Shown: positions 47,821 through 59,191, counted from the stretch's first letter. The stretch: DNA of 64,000 nt from an uncultured cyanobacterium (GCA_963765575.1 CAVXWZ010000004.1:29820-93819); one strand, 5' to 3'. Notes: generated by a model not told the origin, from the letters alone. A program made the numbers and translations.

Positions 47821-49013
47821 GCGCCGCACCAGGCCCTTCGGCGGGGGGGGTGTACCTGGACGCCTGCGCCACGGCGCCGCCGGCCGCCGAGGTGCTGGCG
47901 GCGATGGCGGCGGTGCAGGCTGACGCCTGGGGCAACCCCTCCAGCCTGCACGGCTACGGCCTGGCGGCGGCCGAGGCACTGGAGCGGTCCCGCTGGCGCT
48001 GCGCTGCCCTGCTCGGCTGCCGCCCCCAGGAGCTGGTGTTCACCTCCGGGGGCACCGAGGCCATCCATCTGGCCCTGCTCGGGGCCGCCGACGCCCTGCC
48101 GCCGGGCCGCTTGCTGATCTCCAGCGTCGAGCATCCGGCCACCCTGGCCGCCGCTGACGCCCTGCGGCGGCGCGGCTGGCAGCTGCAGCTGCTGCCGGTG
48201 GACCGGCAGGGCCTGCTGGATCTCGACGCCCTGGAGCGCTGGCTGGAGCCACCCACGCGCCTGGTGTCGCTGATCTGGGGCCAGAGCGAGGTGGGCAGTG
48301 TGCAGGCGCTGGAGGCGATCGGCGCCCGCTGCCGCCATGCCGGCGTGCTCCTGCATGTGGATGCGGTGCAGGTGGTGGGCCACCGGCCGCTGAACTTCGC
48401 TGAGCTGCCCGTCGACCTGCTCAGCCTGGCGGCCCACAAGCTGCAGGGGCCGCGGGGCATCGGCGCCCTGCTGGTGCGCTCGGGCCTGGAAGTGGTGCCC
48501 CAGATCGCCGGCGGTGGCCAGGAAGGGGGCCGCCGCAGCGGCACCGAACCGGTGGCGCTGGCGGCTGGCCTGGCCCGGGCCCTGGAGCTGGCCGACGCGC
48601 GCCTGCGCCGCCACGGGGGCCTCGATCCGCTGGCCTCCCTGCGCGATGCCGTCTGGGAGCGGCTGCGGTCGCTGCCCGGCCTGCGCCTCAGCGGCCCCGA
48701 TCCCCGCCACCATCCTGGGGCCCGCCTGCCCCACCACCTCAGCCTGCTGGTGTCGTCGGCGGCTGGGCTGCCGCTGCCGGGACGCCAACTGGTGCGGGGC
48801 CTGTGGCAGCAGGGGTTTGCCCTGAGCAGCGGTTCGGCCTGCAGCAGTGGTGGCTCGTCGGCCAGTGCGGTGCTGCTGGCCATGGGCTACGGCGAGGCGG
48901 AGGCGGCCAGTGGCCTGCGCCTCGGTTTCGGGCCCTGGCTGGAGGCGGCCGATCTGGAGGGGCTGCCGGCGGCGCTGGAGCGTGTCCGCCAGGGCCTGGC
49001 CGCCGCCCCGTAG
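47817..49013 (+). CDS. Cysteine desulfurase (IscS/NifS-like)
   Basis: YLDACAT, GNPSSLH, FTSGGTEA, HVDAVQ, AHKLQGP and SSGSACSS motifs. Confidence 0.92.
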   Translation: MSAAPGPSAGGVYLDACATAPPAAEVLAAMAAVQADAWGNPSSLHGYGLAAAEALERSRWRCAALLGCRPQELVFTSGGTEAIHLALLGAADALPPGRLLISSVEHPATLAAADALRRRGWQLQLLPVDRQGLLDLDALERWLEPPTRLVSLIWGQSEVGSVQALEAIGARCRHAGVLLHVDAVQVVGHRPLNFAELPVDLLSLAAHKLQGPRGIGALLVRSGLEVVPQIAGGGQEGGRRSGTEPVALAAGLARALELADARLRRHGGLDPLASLRDAVWERLRSLPGLRLSGPDPRHHPGARLPHHLSLLVSSAAGLPLPGRQLVRGLWQQGFALSSGSACSSGGSSASAVLLAMGYGEAEAASGLRLGFGPWLEAADLEGLPAALERVRQGLAAAP

Positions 49014-49032
49014 GGTCGGGCCCTCTCGACAG

Positions 49033-49782
49033 ATGGCCATGCTTCCTGCGGATCTGCGCCAGGCGGAGAGCCAGGCCCTGGAGGCTCTGGTGCAGGCCCT
49101 GCCCAGCAGCGAGCGCGGCCGTTGGAGCGTGGACTGGCGCTTCGAGGGCCTGCGGCTGCTGCCGCTGGCGCTGCGCTTCTGCCGGTCGCTGCTGGATGCC
49201 GGGCTGTCCCCCCGGCTGGTGTTCCCCGACGCCGGCGCCTGCGCCCTGGCCAAACGCGATGGCCCCGATCTGGCCGGGCGGATCACAGACTTCCGCGGCC
49301 AGCTGCGCCGCAGCGCCCAGGCCGGCGAGGCCACGGCCGCGGACGGTGCAGCCGCTGATGGTGCTGCGGAGGACGACACAACCCCTGAGTTGCTGCTGGC
49401 GGTGGCTCCGGCGATGCCCGACTACGAGGACTTTGAGCAGCTCTGCGCCGCCCATCGCGGCCCGGTGGCGATGTTGAACGGCCGCCTCGAGGATGCCGCC
49501 GTGGGCATTGGCAGCGTGGCCCGCCAACGGCGACGCGGGTTTGTGGCCGAGTGGCAGGCGGCCTATCTCCTGCAGCCGCTGGCGGGCAGCGCCCTGCGCC
49601 GCGCCTACCCCGGCGAGTGGGAGCTCTACCGCCAGGACGCCGATGGTTTCCGCCTGGCGGCCCGCTTCGACCAGAAGCCCGATGCCGATGCCCAGGCCGA
49701 GGCGCTGGCGGGCGAGGCCGGCGTTGGCGTGGCTGGCAACCTGCGCTCGCTGGAGACCTTCGTGGAGGGTCTGCGCAGCTGA
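49033..49782 (+). CDS. DUF1995 family protein
   Basis: FPDAGA.ALA.RD, LNGRLED...GIG and YYLQPL-like/LRRAYPG.W motifs. Confidence 0.8.
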   Translation: MAMLPADLRQAESQALEALVQALPSSERGRWSVDWRFEGLRLLPLALRFCRSLLDAGLSPRLVFPDAGACALAKRDGPDLAGRITDFRGQLRRSAQAGEATAADGAAADGAAEDDTTPELLLAVAPAMPDYEDFEQLCAAHRGPVAMLNGRLEDAAVGIGSVARQRRRGFVAEWQAAYLLQPLAGSALRRAYPGEWELYRQDADGFRLAARFDQKPDADAQAEALAGEAGVGVAGNLRSLETFVEGLRS

Positions 49783-49872
49783 CCGCCAGGGCTGGATTGG
49801 CGCGGTGGCCCCCTCGTCGGATCGGATGGATCTCCGTACACTTCAGCCAGCCCCACCCCCCGGTCAGCCCGC

Positions 49873-50400
49873 ATGCCCTCGGAACCCGCTCCCCGTACGC
49901 GCCTGCGTTTCGGCCTGGTGGATCTGGCGGCCGTCGGCGCCGTTGTTGTCGCGGCGGCCGGTGTGGTGTGGAGCCCGAAGCTCTCCGGTGCGGTGGCCCA
50001 GGCCACCGGTGCCATGGTGCCGGTGCAGGTGACCGTGGATGTGCGCGGCATTCCGGTGGCCGACCCGGACAGCCTGATCAATGCCGCCCGCAGTGAGGGC
50101 CAGGTGGCGATCGTGATCCGCAACCAGCCCCACGGCAGCGTGGCGGTGGAGGAGATCACCCCCCTGGAGCGCCAGTTGGTGGCCCTGCAGCCCGATGGCA
50201 GCGTGGTCACCGCCCCCGACCCACGGGATGCCTTCACCAATCTCGACGCCCGCTTCGTGCTGCGCGGCCAGGGGCGCCGCGGTGAGGGCGGGGTGGTGTT
50301 CGGCAACCAGAGCATCAAGGTGGGCGCACCGGTGGAGATCGAGGGCGACACCTTCCGCGTCACCGGCACGGTGACTGACATCCAACTGAACAAGTCCTGA
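49873..50400 (+). CDS. DUF4330 family protein
   Basis: N-terminal TM; IVIRNQPHG and G.Q.IKVGAPVEIEG motifs. Confidence 0.8.
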   Translation: MPSEPAPRTRLRFGLVDLAAVGAVVVAAAGVVWSPKLSGAVAQATGAMVPVQVTVDVRGIPVADPDSLINAARSEGQVAIVIRNQPHGSVAVEEITPLERQLVALQPDGSVVTAPDPRDAFTNLDARFVLRGQGRRGEGGVVFGNQSIKVGAPVEIEGDTFRVTGTVTDIQLNKS

Positions 50401-50401
50401 G

Positions 50402-51736
50402 ATGACGATCGTTTCCGCCATCCCCGGGCTGCGCCGGCGGCGCCGTGCCGGCTGCGGCCTCTCGGGCCTGTCGCTGCTGCTGCTGTTGCAGCCCGGCGCC
50501 GCCCTGGCCCAGAGCCGCCCGGCCCTGCCCAGCCCTGGGCCGGCCACCCCACCACCCCTGGCCCGCCTGCCGGTGCCGCCCCAGCCCACGGGCCTGCCCC
50601 AGCTGCAGGGCCAGGTGAGCTGCCCGGCTCTGCAGCAGCGCATCGCCGCCACCCTGGGTGGTGAAGCCGGCGTCTGGAGCATCAGCGTGGCCGATTCCCG
50701 CGGCCGGCTGTTGGCGGAGGTGAACGGACGCACCCCGCGGGTGCCGGCCTCCAACCAGAAGCTGGTGAGCACGGCCTTCGCCCTCGACCAGCTCGGCCCC
50801 GACCACCGCCTCTCCACCCGGCTCTGGCAACTGCCGGACGGCAGCTTCCGGCTCACCGGGGAAGGCGACCCCGATCTGGCCCTGCCCCACCTGCAGCGCT
50901 TTGCCCAGCTGGCCATGCGCTCCGGTGGCTCCACCGGCACCTCCGGCGGCGTGGTGCGACTGGAGCTGGCGGAGGAACCCAGCCAGACCTGGTGGCCCAG
51001 CGGCTGGAATCCAGCCGACCGCTACTACGCCTACGGCGCCCCGATCACCCGCCTGGCGGTGACCAGCAACGCCATTCAGGATGCGGTGCAGAATCCGCCC
51101 TCCCGGCTGCAGACACTGCTGCAGCGCTCAATCGCCCAGCAGGGGGGCCAGTCCCAACTGCGCCTGGTGTCATCCCGTTCGCCCCTGCCCGATGGGGCTG
51201 TGCTGCTCTATGCGCAGCCCTCGGCGCCGATGCACAACCTGCTCAGCCTGGCCAACAGCGAGAGCCACAATTTCACCGCCGAGGTGCTGATGCGCCAGGC
51301 CGCCGGCAGCTGGGACCTGGCCGTGGCCCAGCGGAGTACCACCACCTGGCTGATGGGCCAGGGCCTGCCGCTGCAGGGGGTGCGCATCAGCGATGGCAGC
51401 GGATTGGACCGCTCCAACCGGCTCACGAGCCACTTCCTGGCGGCGCTGCTGCTGCGCATGGACCAGCACCCCTACGCCCGCAACTACCTGGCGTCGATGG
51501 CGGTGGCCGGGCAGCGCGGCACCCTGCGCAATCTCTACACCGACCCGGCCCTGCAGGGCCGTTTCTTCGCCAAGACCGGCACCCTGCGGGGGGTGCGCGC
51601 CATCAGCGGCGTGCTGCTCACGGCCAATGGGGCCCGCTATGTGGCCGCGATCAGCAATGGCAGTGGCAAGCCCAACACGATCATCGGGCAGGTGCTGAGG
51701 CAGGTGCAAAGCACCACCAGCCTCTGTCCTGCCTGA
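50402..51736 (+). CDS. dacB: D-alanyl-D-alanine carboxypeptidase/endopeptidase (PBP4, S13)
   Basis: PASNQK (SxxK), SHN, DGSGL and AKTGTL motifs. Confidence 0.92.
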   Translation: MTIVSAIPGLRRRRRAGCGLSGLSLLLLLQPGAALAQSRPALPSPGPATPPPLARLPVPPQPTGLPQLQGQVSCPALQQRIAATLGGEAGVWSISVADSRGRLLAEVNGRTPRVPASNQKLVSTAFALDQLGPDHRLSTRLWQLPDGSFRLTGEGDPDLALPHLQRFAQLAMRSGGSTGTSGGVVRLELAEEPSQTWWPSGWNPADRYYAYGAPITRLAVTSNAIQDAVQNPPSRLQTLLQRSIAQQGGQSQLRLVSSRSPLPDGAVLLYAQPSAPMHNLLSLANSESHNFTAEVLMRQAAGSWDLAVAQRSTTTWLMGQGLPLQGVRISDGSGLDRSNRLTSHFLAALLLRMDQHPYARNYLASMAVAGQRGTLRNLYTDPALQGRFFAKTGTLRGVRAISGVLLTANGARYVAAISNGSGKPNTIIGQVLRQVQSTTSLCPA

Positions 51737-51761
51737 TCTGTCGCCAGCCAGGCCGGCGGGT

Positions 51762-52736
51762 CTAGCCCGTCAGCTGGCGCAGGCTGTTGACAACCCGGCG
51801 GCGGCGGCTGCCGCTGGCGTTGCCGCCATTGCGGCCGGACCCATCGCGGTTGCCCCTGCCGCTGCCTGCGCGACCTGGCTTGCTGCCGTCATTGCTGACG
51901 GTGCTGACATCGGTGAGGGGGGCGTTGCCACCGCTGACCACCTCAGGCACCTGGAAGCGCACCAGCTCGCGGCGGCCGGCGATCACCACCTGGGCCAGTT
52001 CCTTGATGCGGCCCTCCAGCTCGCCCAGCACCTGCTCGGCGTAGTGGTTGGCGCCTTCGCTGATCTCGGTGGCCTCGTGGCGGGTGCGGGCCACGAGTTG
52101 GTCGCACTGCTGCTGGGTCTGCTGGCGGAACTGCAGGGCGTCGTTGTGCAGCCGCTCGGCCTCGGCCTGGCTCTCACGCTGCAGCCGCAGGCCCTCCTGG
52201 CGAACCTGCTCCAGCTCGGCCATCGCCTGCTGGCGGCTGCGCTCGTGCTGCTCGACCAGCTGGCGATTGCGCTCTCCGGCCTCCTGCTCGAGCTGCTGGC
52301 GGCGGGCCGCGAACTGCTGCTCCATCTGGGCCAGCCGGGCCTGGTGCTCCTGTTCGGCCTGGGCGGCCTGTTGGCGGCCCTGCAGCAAGAGCTGCTCGCA
52401 ATGCTGGCGGGTCTCCTCGCGCAGCTCGGTCACCTGCTGCTCGGCCTCCTTGCGCACCGTGGAGGAGCTGATCAGCTGCTCGCGCTCCCGCTGGGCATTG
52501 GCCACGATCTCCTCGGCCTGACGGCGGGCCTGGGCGACGAACTCTTCGCGCTGGTGCAGCAGCTCGGCGGCCTGGTTGATCTGGGCCGGCAGCGCCTCCC
52601 GCACCGCATCCATCATCTCGATGGCGTCCTGCTCATTGACGAGCCGACCGCCGCTGAAGGGAACGCGGGTGCCCTCAAGCACGACCTCCTCAAGCTGGTC
52701 GAGCTGATCGAGAACGGTGATGCTGGCCTCAGCCAT
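51762..52736 (-). CDS. Coiled-coil DivIVA-like (Cdv3-type) protein
   Basis: [19 protein letters not shown]-terminus; long Q/E/R coiled coil; downstream of and overlapping coaD. Confidence 0.7.
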   Translation of the reverse strand: MAEASITVLDQLDQLEEVVLEGTRVPFSGGRLVNEQDAIEMMDAVREALPAQINQAAELLHQREEFVAQARRQAEEIVANAQREREQLISSSTVRKEAEQQVTELREETRQHCEQLLLQGRQQAAQAEQEHQARLAQMEQQFAARRQQLEQEAGERNRQLVEQHERSRQQAMAELEQVRQEGLRLQRESQAEAERLHNDALQFRQQTQQQCDQLVARTRHEATEISEGANHYAEQVLGELEGRIKELAQVVIAGRRELVRFQVPEVVSGGNAPLTDVSTVSNDGSKPGRAGSGRGNRDGSGRNGGNASGSRRRRVVNSLRQLTG

Positions 52737-53232
52737 TGCGGGTCTGGCTTGAATTCATCCGATTAAAGAGCCTGGTGAGGTCCTGTGCCACTCCCGGCGG
52801 CACCAGATGGCTGACATCGCCACCGAAGCGGGCCACCTCCTTGACCACCGAGCTGCTCAGAAAGCTGTGGTGCACGGCCGTGGCCAGAAACAGGGTTTCC
52901 ACCTCCGGGGCCAGGCTCTTGTTGGTGTGGGCGATCTGCAGCTCGTATTCGAAGTCGCTGAGGGCCCGCAGGCCGCGCAGGATCACCTCGGTGCGGCGCT
53001 GCTGGGCGAAACTCACGGTGAGACCGTCGAAACTGCCCACCTCCACCCCCTGGAGGTGGCCGGCGGCGCGGTGAATCTGCTCCAGGCGCTGCTCCAGGCT
53101 GAAGGCCGGTGCCTTGCCCGGGTTGCTCAGCACCGCCACCACCACGCCGTCGAAGAGGCGGCTGGCCCGCTCGATCAGGTCGAGGTGGCCCAGGGTGAGG
53201 GGATCGAAGCTGCCGGGATAAAGCGCACGCAT
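52729..53232 (-). CDS. coaD: Phosphopantetheine adenylyltransferase
   Basis: [26 protein letters not shown] and SSSVVKEVA motifs. Confidence 0.97.
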   Translation of the reverse strand: MRALYPGSFDPLTLGHLDLIERASRLFDGVVVAVLSNPGKAPAFSLEQRLEQIHRAAGHLQGVEVGSFDGLTVSFAQQRRTEVILRGLRALSDFEYELQIAHTNKSLAPEVETLFLATAVHHSFLSSSVVKEVARFGGDVSHLVPPGVAQDLTRLFNRMNSSQTRNG

Positions 53233-53295
53233 GGCGGCCAGCCTATGGGCTGCCCGGCGGTTTCTAGAGTCGTGGGACCCTTCCTCCCCTCCCCG

Positions 53296-53778
53296 ATGAC
53301 CCTCAACGCTGACGCCAAGAAGACCCTGCTGCGCAAGATCCCCCATGGGGTGTTCATTTGCGGGGTGACCGAGGGCGAGGAGGTCAACGGCTTCACGGCC
53401 AGCTGGGTCACCCAGGGGTCGTTCGAGCCGCCCCTGGTGGTGATGGCGGTGCGGGCGGACAGCACCAGCAACGGCATCATCCAGCGCACGGGCCGGTTCT
53501 CCCTGAACGTGCTAGCCGCTGACCAGAAGGACCTGGCGGCGGTGTTCTTCAAGCCCCAGAAGGCCATCGGCGGCCGCTTTGATGCCGCCCCCTTCCACCC
53601 CGGGGAGCTGGGCCTGCCGGTGCTCGACGACGCCCTCGGGGCGGTGGAATGCGAGCTGGTGGGGCAGGTGGTCCATGGCGACCACACCGTGTTTGTGGGC
53701 GAAGTGAAGAGTGCCACCCTCAACCGCGACGGCGCGGCCCTGGAGCTCTCGAGCACGGGCTGGCAGTACGGCGGTTGA
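53296..53778 (+). CDS. Flavin reductase family protein
   Basis: [18 protein letters not shown] and [10 protein letters not shown] motifs. Confidence 0.92.
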   Translation: MTLNADAKKTLLRKIPHGVFICGVTEGEEVNGFTASWVTQGSFEPPLVVMAVRADSTSNGIIQRTGRFSLNVLAADQKDLAAVFFKPQKAIGGRFDAAPFHPGELGLPVLDDALGAVECELVGQVVHGDHTVFVGEVKSATLNRDGAALELSSTGWQYGG

Positions 53779-55778
53779 CCGCGCTGCCCCGGCCGTCCCT
53801 GATCCAGCAGCCCGAGCTCCTGCGGGCCCGGCTGGCGGAGGTGCCCGCCGAGCCGGGGTGCTACCTGATGCGCGATGGCGAGGACCGCATCCTCTACATC
53901 GGCAAGGCGAAGGTGCTGCGCAACCGGGTGCGCAGCTACTTCCAGAGCGGCAGTGGCCACGGCCACAGCCCCCGCATCCGGCTGATGGTGTGTCAGGTGT
54001 GCGAGATCGAGTTCATCGTCACCGACAGCGAGGCGGAGGCGCTGGCGCTGGAATCGAACCTGATCAAGCAGAACCAGCCGCACTTCAATGTGCTGCTCAA
54101 GGACGACAAGAAATACCCCTACCTCTGCATCACCTGGAGCGAGCCCTACCCGCGCATCTTCATCACCCGCCGCCGCCGCTTTCGTTCACCCCTGGATCGC
54201 TTCTACGGCCCCTATGTGGATGTGGGCCTGCTGCGCCGCACCCTCGGCCTGGTGAAGCGGGTGTTCCCCCTGCGCCAGCGGCCCCAGCCGCTCTACAAAG
54301 ACCGCACCTGCCTCAATTTCGACATCGGTCGCTGTCCGGGGGTGTGCCAGCAGAAGATCAGCTCCGAGGATTACCACCAGACCCTGCGCCAGGTGGCGAT
54401 GGTGTTTCAGGGCCGCAACGACGAGTTGTTGAGCCTCCTGCATCAGCAGATGGCCCGCTACGCCGAGCGGCTCGACTTCGAGAGTGCCGCCCGGGTGCGC
54501 GACCAGCTGCAGGGGATCGACACCCTCACGGCCGACCAGAAGATGAGCGTGGGCGACAGCTCCGTGAGCCGCGATGTGATTGCCCTGGCGGCCGGCGAAC
54601 GGGTGGCGGCGGTGCAGCTGTTCCAGATGCGGGCCGGCAAGCTGGTGGGCCGGCTGGGGTACATGGCGGAGGTGCCTGCCCTACCGGCGGCGGAAGCCGA
54701 TCTGGGGCGGATCCTGCAGCGGGTGGTGGAGGAGCACTACAGCCAGGTGGAGCCTGTGGAGATTCCGCCGCAGCTGTTGCTGCAGTTCCCCCTGCCCCAG
54801 CAGGAGTTGATTGAGGCCTGGCTGAGCGAGCAGCGGGGGCGCAAGGTGCGGCTGGCGGTGCCCCAGCGCCAGCAGAAGGCCGAGATGGTGGAGCTGGTGG
54901 TGCGCAACGCCAGCTACGAGCTGCAGCGGGCCGAGCGGGCCAGCGAACAGAACCTGCTGGCCACGGAAGACCTGGCCCAGCTGCTGGAGCTCACGGCGGC
55001 GCCGCGGCGGGTGGAGGGCTACGACATCAGCCACATCCAGGGCAGCGACGCCGTGGCCTCCCAGGTGGTGTTCATCGACGGGCTGCCGGCCAAGCAGCAC
55101 TACCGGAAATACAAGATCCAGAGCAGCTCGATCCAGGCCGGCCACTCCGACGACTTCATGGCCATGGCCGAGATCATGCGGCGCCGCTTTCGCCGCTGGG
55201 CCCAGGCCAAGGCCGAGGGGGCCGACCTGTTGGAGCTGCGTCGCCAGGCCAGCACCGCCCTGCACACCGGTGGCCTCAACGACTGGCCCGATGTGGTGAT
55301 GATCGACGGCGGCAAGGGCCAGCTCTCCGCCGTGATGGAGGCGCTGCGGGAACTCAACCTCCACGACGACCTGGTGGTGTGCTCCCTGGCCAAGCAGCGG
55401 GAGGAGGTGTTCGTGCCCGGGTTCACCACGCCCCTGGAGAGTGAGCCGGAGCAGTTGGGGGTGCAGCTGCTGCGGCGGCTGCGCGATGAGGCACACCGCT
55501 TTGCCGTGAGCTTTCACCGCCAGCAGCGCGGTGAGCGCATGAAGCGCTCCCGCCTCTCCGACATCCCCGGCCTGGGGCCGAAGCGGGTGCGCGATCTGCT
55601 GGCCCACTTCCGCTCCATCGACGCCATTCAGCTGGCGGCAGTGGAGCAGATCGCCGCCGCCCCCGGCATGGGCCCCGCCCTGGCCCGCCAGGTGTGGGAG
55701 TACTTCCATCCGCAGGACCTGCCCGGCGCCACGGGCGACCCCGAAGCCGATCCCGTGCTCAGCGAGCTGGCCAGTTGA
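53775..55778 (+). CDS. uvrC: Excinuclease ABC subunit C
   Basis: PGCYLM...YIGKAK GIY-YIG domain; [13 protein letters not shown] and RDEAHRFA motifs; HhH. Confidence 0.97.
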   Translation: MTALPRPSLIQQPELLRARLAEVPAEPGCYLMRDGEDRILYIGKAKVLRNRVRSYFQSGSGHGHSPRIRLMVCQVCEIEFIVTDSEAEALALESNLIKQNQPHFNVLLKDDKKYPYLCITWSEPYPRIFITRRRRFRSPLDRFYGPYVDVGLLRRTLGLVKRVFPLRQRPQPLYKDRTCLNFDIGRCPGVCQQKISSEDYHQTLRQVAMVFQGRNDELLSLLHQQMARYAERLDFESAARVRDQLQGIDTLTADQKMSVGDSSVSRDVIALAAGERVAAVQLFQMRAGKLVGRLGYMAEVPALPAAEADLGRILQRVVEEHYSQVEPVEIPPQLLLQFPLPQQELIEAWLSEQRGRKVRLAVPQRQQKAEMVELVVRNASYELQRAERASEQNLLATEDLAQLLELTAAPRRVEGYDISHIQGSDAVASQVVFIDGLPAKQHYRKYKIQSSSIQAGHSDDFMAMAEIMRRRFRRWAQAKAEGADLLELRRQASTALHTGGLNDWPDVVMIDGGKGQLSAVMEALRELNLHDDLVVCSLAKQREEVFVPGFTTPLESEPEQLGVQLLRRLRDEAHRFAVSFHRQQRGERMKRSRLSDIPGLGPKRVRDLLAHFRSIDAIQLAAVEQIAAAPGMGPALARQVWEYFHPQDLPGATGDPEADPVLSELAS

Positions 55779-56089
55779 GAGCGCTCTGGCGCGCGCTGCT
55801 GCTGCTGGCCCTGCTGCTCACGCTGGTGGCCCTGCCCCTGCCCCTGCGCGGGGCTGGCCTGGCCTCCCCGGGACTCTGTCTGGGGCCGGTCTGCGGTGAC
55901 GAGATCACGCGCAGCGCCAAGCACCACTGGCAGTTGCGTCTGCGGCTGAGCGACCAGCAGGGCCGTCGCGAGCGGCTGGTGGTGGACTGCCGCACCGGCG
56001 AGGTGAGTCCCCAGGCCGGCGCCGTGGACCGGGGCTACGCCGCTGCCCTGGCGCGGCGGGCCTGCCGGCTGGCTGAGGGCACGGGCTGA
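55775..56089 (+). CDS. Small secreted Cys-containing hypothetical protein
   Basis: TTG overlapping the uvrC stop; signal peptide; C...C, VDC and C motifs. Confidence 0.65.
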   Translation: MRALWRALLLLALLLTLVALPLPLRGAGLASPGLCLGPVCGDEITRSAKHHWQLRLRLSDQQGRRERLVVDCRTGEVSPQAGAVDRGYAAALARRACRLAEGTG

Positions 56090-56110
56090 GGCCAGGCCAG
56101 GGCAGCAGAA

Positions 56111-57274
56111 TCAGAGCCGAGCCAGCAATTCGGCCTTCTTGAGGCTGAATTCCTCCTCGGTGAGGATTCCTTTGGCCTTCAGTTCACCGAGCCGTTCCAG
56201 GGCGGCATAGGGGTCGTCTGCGGCTGAAGGCGTGGCAGCGGCTGCAGGCGTTGCGGCTGCTGCGCTCACCTCGGGGAAGTCGGTGAGTTGCCGATGGCCG
56301 TCGGCGGTGGCAAGGAGCAGCGCACCGCTGCCGCTGCCGAGGGAAACGCCCTGGATCGGCAGGTTGCCCACGTCAAACACCCGGCAGGGGCCGCCGTGCT
56401 CCACAGCCACCAGGCCAGCGCTGGGGAAGATGGCGTAGCGCAGATCGTTCTGGCCGCCACTGGAGGCCGGAACACCGAGTTCCGCGGGCCACCAGGGCTG
56501 CTGCTGCTGCATCGGGGCCATCGCCATGCCACCCATCGGCGCCATGGATCCCAGCGGCGCCATCGATCCCATCGGTTGCATGGACCCCATCGATTGCATG
56601 CTGCCCATCGGCTGCATGCCCGAGCTGCTGCTGCTCTGCTGTTGCGAGCCAGCTCCACTGCTCTGTTGGTAGGAGCCGGCTCCGCTGCTCTGCTGCTGGG
56701 AGCCCCCTGAGCTGCTCTGTTGCTGCTGGCCGAAGCCACCGGCGGGCGAGAAGCTGCTGAGGCTCACGCTGCCGGATGGGGTTGTGAACACCACGCCAGC
56801 GCCGCCCTGCTGCTGGGAGAACCCGGCGATGTGGTGGCTGCCGGTGTCATAGACGCCCATCTGGCCGTTGATCTCCACCGCCAGCCGTCCAGCGTTGGGG
56901 AAGAAGGCGTAGCGCATGTTGTTCTGCTCACCGGTGGCGGCGGGAGCACCCAGCTCCACGGGCCACCAGCTGTCGCGCGGATCGGGCACGAACAGTGGCG
57001 CCCCAGCGGGGTGGGCCACCAGCGCGGCCGACACGTCGCGGCAGAGGCCGTCGACCCGGGCTTTGAGCGCGTTGTTGAACATGTCGCTGATCATCAACAT
57101 GCCCCCCGGCATCCACTGGCCGGAACCGCCGAATTCGGGATGGTTGAACTGGGCCATGCCACCACGACTGCGCAGCATCACCTGCATCATGTGGGCCACG
57201 GCACTGGCGCTGAAGCCGTGGCGCTGGCCGAGGTCCTGGGCCACCTGGAGGCCTTGCTGAGTGATCTGTTCCAT
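56111..57274 (-). CDS. SHOCT-domain protein with duplicated WWP domain and low-complexity linker
   Basis: AQFNHPEFGGSGQWM; two WWP.ELG...QN..RYA.FP domains; C-terminal LERLGELKAKGILTEEEFSLKKAELL. Confidence 0.85.
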   Translation of the reverse strand: MEQITQQGLQVAQDLGQRHGFSASAVAHMMQVMLRSRGGMAQFNHPEFGGSGQWMPGGMLMISDMFNNALKARVDGLCRDVSAALVAHPAGAPLFVPDPRDSWWPVELGAPAATGEQNNMRYAFFPNAGRLAVEINGQMGVYDTGSHHIAGFSQQQGGAGVVFTTPSGSVSLSSFSPAGGFGQQQQSSSGGSQQQSSGAGSYQQSSGAGSQQQSSSSSGMQPMGSMQSMGSMQPMGSMAPLGSMAPMGGMAMAPMQQQQPWWPAELGVPASSGGQNDLRYAIFPSAGLVAVEHGGPCRVFDVGNLPIQGVSLGSGSGALLLATADGHRQLTDFPEVSAAAATPAAAATPSAADDPYAALERLGELKAKGILTEEEFSLKKAELLARL

Positions 57275-57398
57275 GGCGCAGCAACCTGTCCCTGAACCCT
57301 GTGGTGCCAGGGCCTGAATCCATCCGTCTTCAGCCTATGCAGGCGCGGGATGATCGGGACCGTCCCATGGCGATTGGCAGACCTGCCCCCACCCGTTG

Positions 57399-58490
57399 AT
57401 GACGTCCATCGCAGCTCTTGGTGCTCTGGCCCTCGCGGCAGCCCTGCCCGGCCCTGCTGCTGCCCAGGCTGAGAGTCTTCCCCTCCCCCTGCCTTGCCCG
57501 CTGGAGGCCGGTTGGCAGGTGGCGCGGGAGCTGGAGCTGCCCCGCCGCGGGGCGGACGGCCAGCCCATCGGGGGCTTCTCTGCAGCCCTCCACCACGCCG
57601 AGATGGGTCAGCTCTGGCTGCTGAGCGATCTGCCGCTGGGATCGGTCGCCATCTGGAGCGGGCTGGAGGCTGCCCTGGCCGCCGAGGGTCCCCTGCTGCT
57701 GGAGCGCACCCTGGCGCTGCGCAGTGGCCCGGAAGCGTCGCTGCCCGTGATCATCGATGGCGAGGGGTTGCTGCGCCTGGGGAGCCAGCTGTGGGTGGCG
57801 AGTGAGGGTCGCCCCCTGCTCGCACTGCCGGCCCAGTTGTTGCGCTTCGAGGCGCGCAGCGGTCGCCTGTTGCAGGCGCTGGAGCTGCCGCCCGACTGGC
57901 AACCCGGTGCAGGGCGCGGACTGGCCAGCAACGCCGGGCCCGAATCCCTGGCCCTGCTGCCTGCGCCTGATGGCCCCCCGGCGCTGCTGATGGCCGCCGA
58001 GAAGCCCCTGCTGCAGGATCCGCCCCGGCAGGTGCGGCTGCTGCGCTGGAGCTGGCAAGCGGGGCAGAACCCAAGCACGGACTCCCCCCAGGCCCAGCCG
58101 CTGGGATCGTTGCTGCTGCCTCCCGGGGATGGCTGGGGGCTCACCGAGCTGATGGCGCTCGATTCCGGGCGGCTGCTGGCGCTGCTGCGGCGCTTCGAGG
58201 CCCCCTTCAGCTGGTCCATCCGCCTGGCCCTCTATCCGCTGCCCGCCACGCCCACCGCTGCCCCGTCGGCGCCGCTGGCGGAGTGGGACCTGATCGCAGC
58301 CGGCCTCACTCCCGACAACTGGGAAGCCCTCAGCCCCGGCCCGCCGCTGGCCGCTGGCCGGCCCACGCTGCTGCTGGTGAGCGATGACAACCTCAATCCC
58401 CTCCAGGCCAACCGGCTGGCCCAGCTGGTGCCGCAGCGGACAGCGGCCTGCCCGCTCGCAGGGCGAGCCGCTGGCGCAACAGAGTGGTGA
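57399..58490 (+). CDS. Phytase-like (esterase-like activity of phytase) secreted protein
   Basis: IGGFSAL, DGEGL, VASEG, NAGPESLA, DNWEAL and LVSDDN motifs. Confidence 0.85.
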   Translation: MTSIAALGALALAAALPGPAAAQAESLPLPLPCPLEAGWQVARELELPRRGADGQPIGGFSAALHHAEMGQLWLLSDLPLGSVAIWSGLEAALAAEGPLLLERTLALRSGPEASLPVIIDGEGLLRLGSQLWVASEGRPLLALPAQLLRFEARSGRLLQALELPPDWQPGAGRGLASNAGPESLALLPAPDGPPALLMAAEKPLLQDPPRQVRLLRWSWQAGQNPSTDSPQAQPLGSLLLPPGDGWGLTELMALDSGRLLALLRRFEAPFSWSIRLALYPLPATPTAAPSAPLAEWDLIAAGLTPDNWEALSPGPPLAAGRPTLLLVSDDNLNPLQANRLAQLVPQRTAACPLAGRAAGATEW

Positions 58491-58513
58491 GATCCGCACG
58501 CGCTGAGTTCGCC

Positions 58514-58840
58514 ATGCACCGGTCTCTGTGGCAAGGACTGGGCCTGCCGGCGGTTCTGTGGATCGCTGCCGCCCTGCCGGCTGCGGCGCAAACCGCGCCC
58601 TGCCTGCGGCTTACCGAACAACTGCTGGATGCGTTGAAGGCGGGGGAGCCAACCTCGCCCGCGATGGTGGATGCGACGGCGGAGCGGCAGCGCCGCACCC
58701 TGCTCGCCAACGGCTGCAACCCGGAGGCCACCGGCTATGACCTGGAGGTGGAGTCGCTGAAGCTGAACCTCAACCTCAGACCCAAGCCGGATGAAGGACC
58801 CTCCTTCAGGCTGGACCAGCTGTTGCGGATTGAATACTGA
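58514..58840 (+). CDS. Small secreted hypothetical protein
   Basis: Signal peptide ending AAA-Q; one Cys pair. Confidence 0.55.
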   Translation: MHRSLWQGLGLPAVLWIAAALPAAAQTAPCLRLTEQLLDALKAGEPTSPAMVDATAERQRRTLLANGCNPEATGYDLEVESLKLNLNLRPKPDEGPSFRLDQLLRIEY

Positions 58841-58938
58841 GGCCTGAGCTGGGGGGCACGCCAGCGGATTCCACCCCCACTGCCGCCGCAAGGAGGCATC
58901 TCCTCCGCCCAAAATGGTGATTGTTTGCTGTCACTGCC

Positions 58939-59184
58939 ATGGCCGCCATCCAGCCCCACCGCAGCGGCCCGCCCTCGGCACTGGTGGCCCCGATCCTCGG
59001 TCTCGCCGCCGTGGGCGCTCTGGTGGTGGTGCCGCTTGCGGCCTTGGCGGCGATCCCTCTGATGCTGGCGGTGTTGATGGCGGCCGGCTTCGTGCTGGCG
59101 TTCGGTCTCAGCGTCTGGGCGCTGATCGAGGGCCTGGCGGCCTTCGAGCGCTGGCTGGAGACCGATCCCCGCTTCCAGCGCTGA
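58939..59184 (+). CDS. Small 2-TM membrane protein
   Basis: Long hydrophobic stretch ending FERWLETDPRFQR. Confidence 0.65.
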   Translation: MAAIQPHRSGPPSALVAPILGLAAVGALVVVPLAALAAIPLMLAVLMAAGFVLAFGLSVWALIEGLAAFERWLETDPRFQR

Positions 59185-59191
59185 AGCGGAT

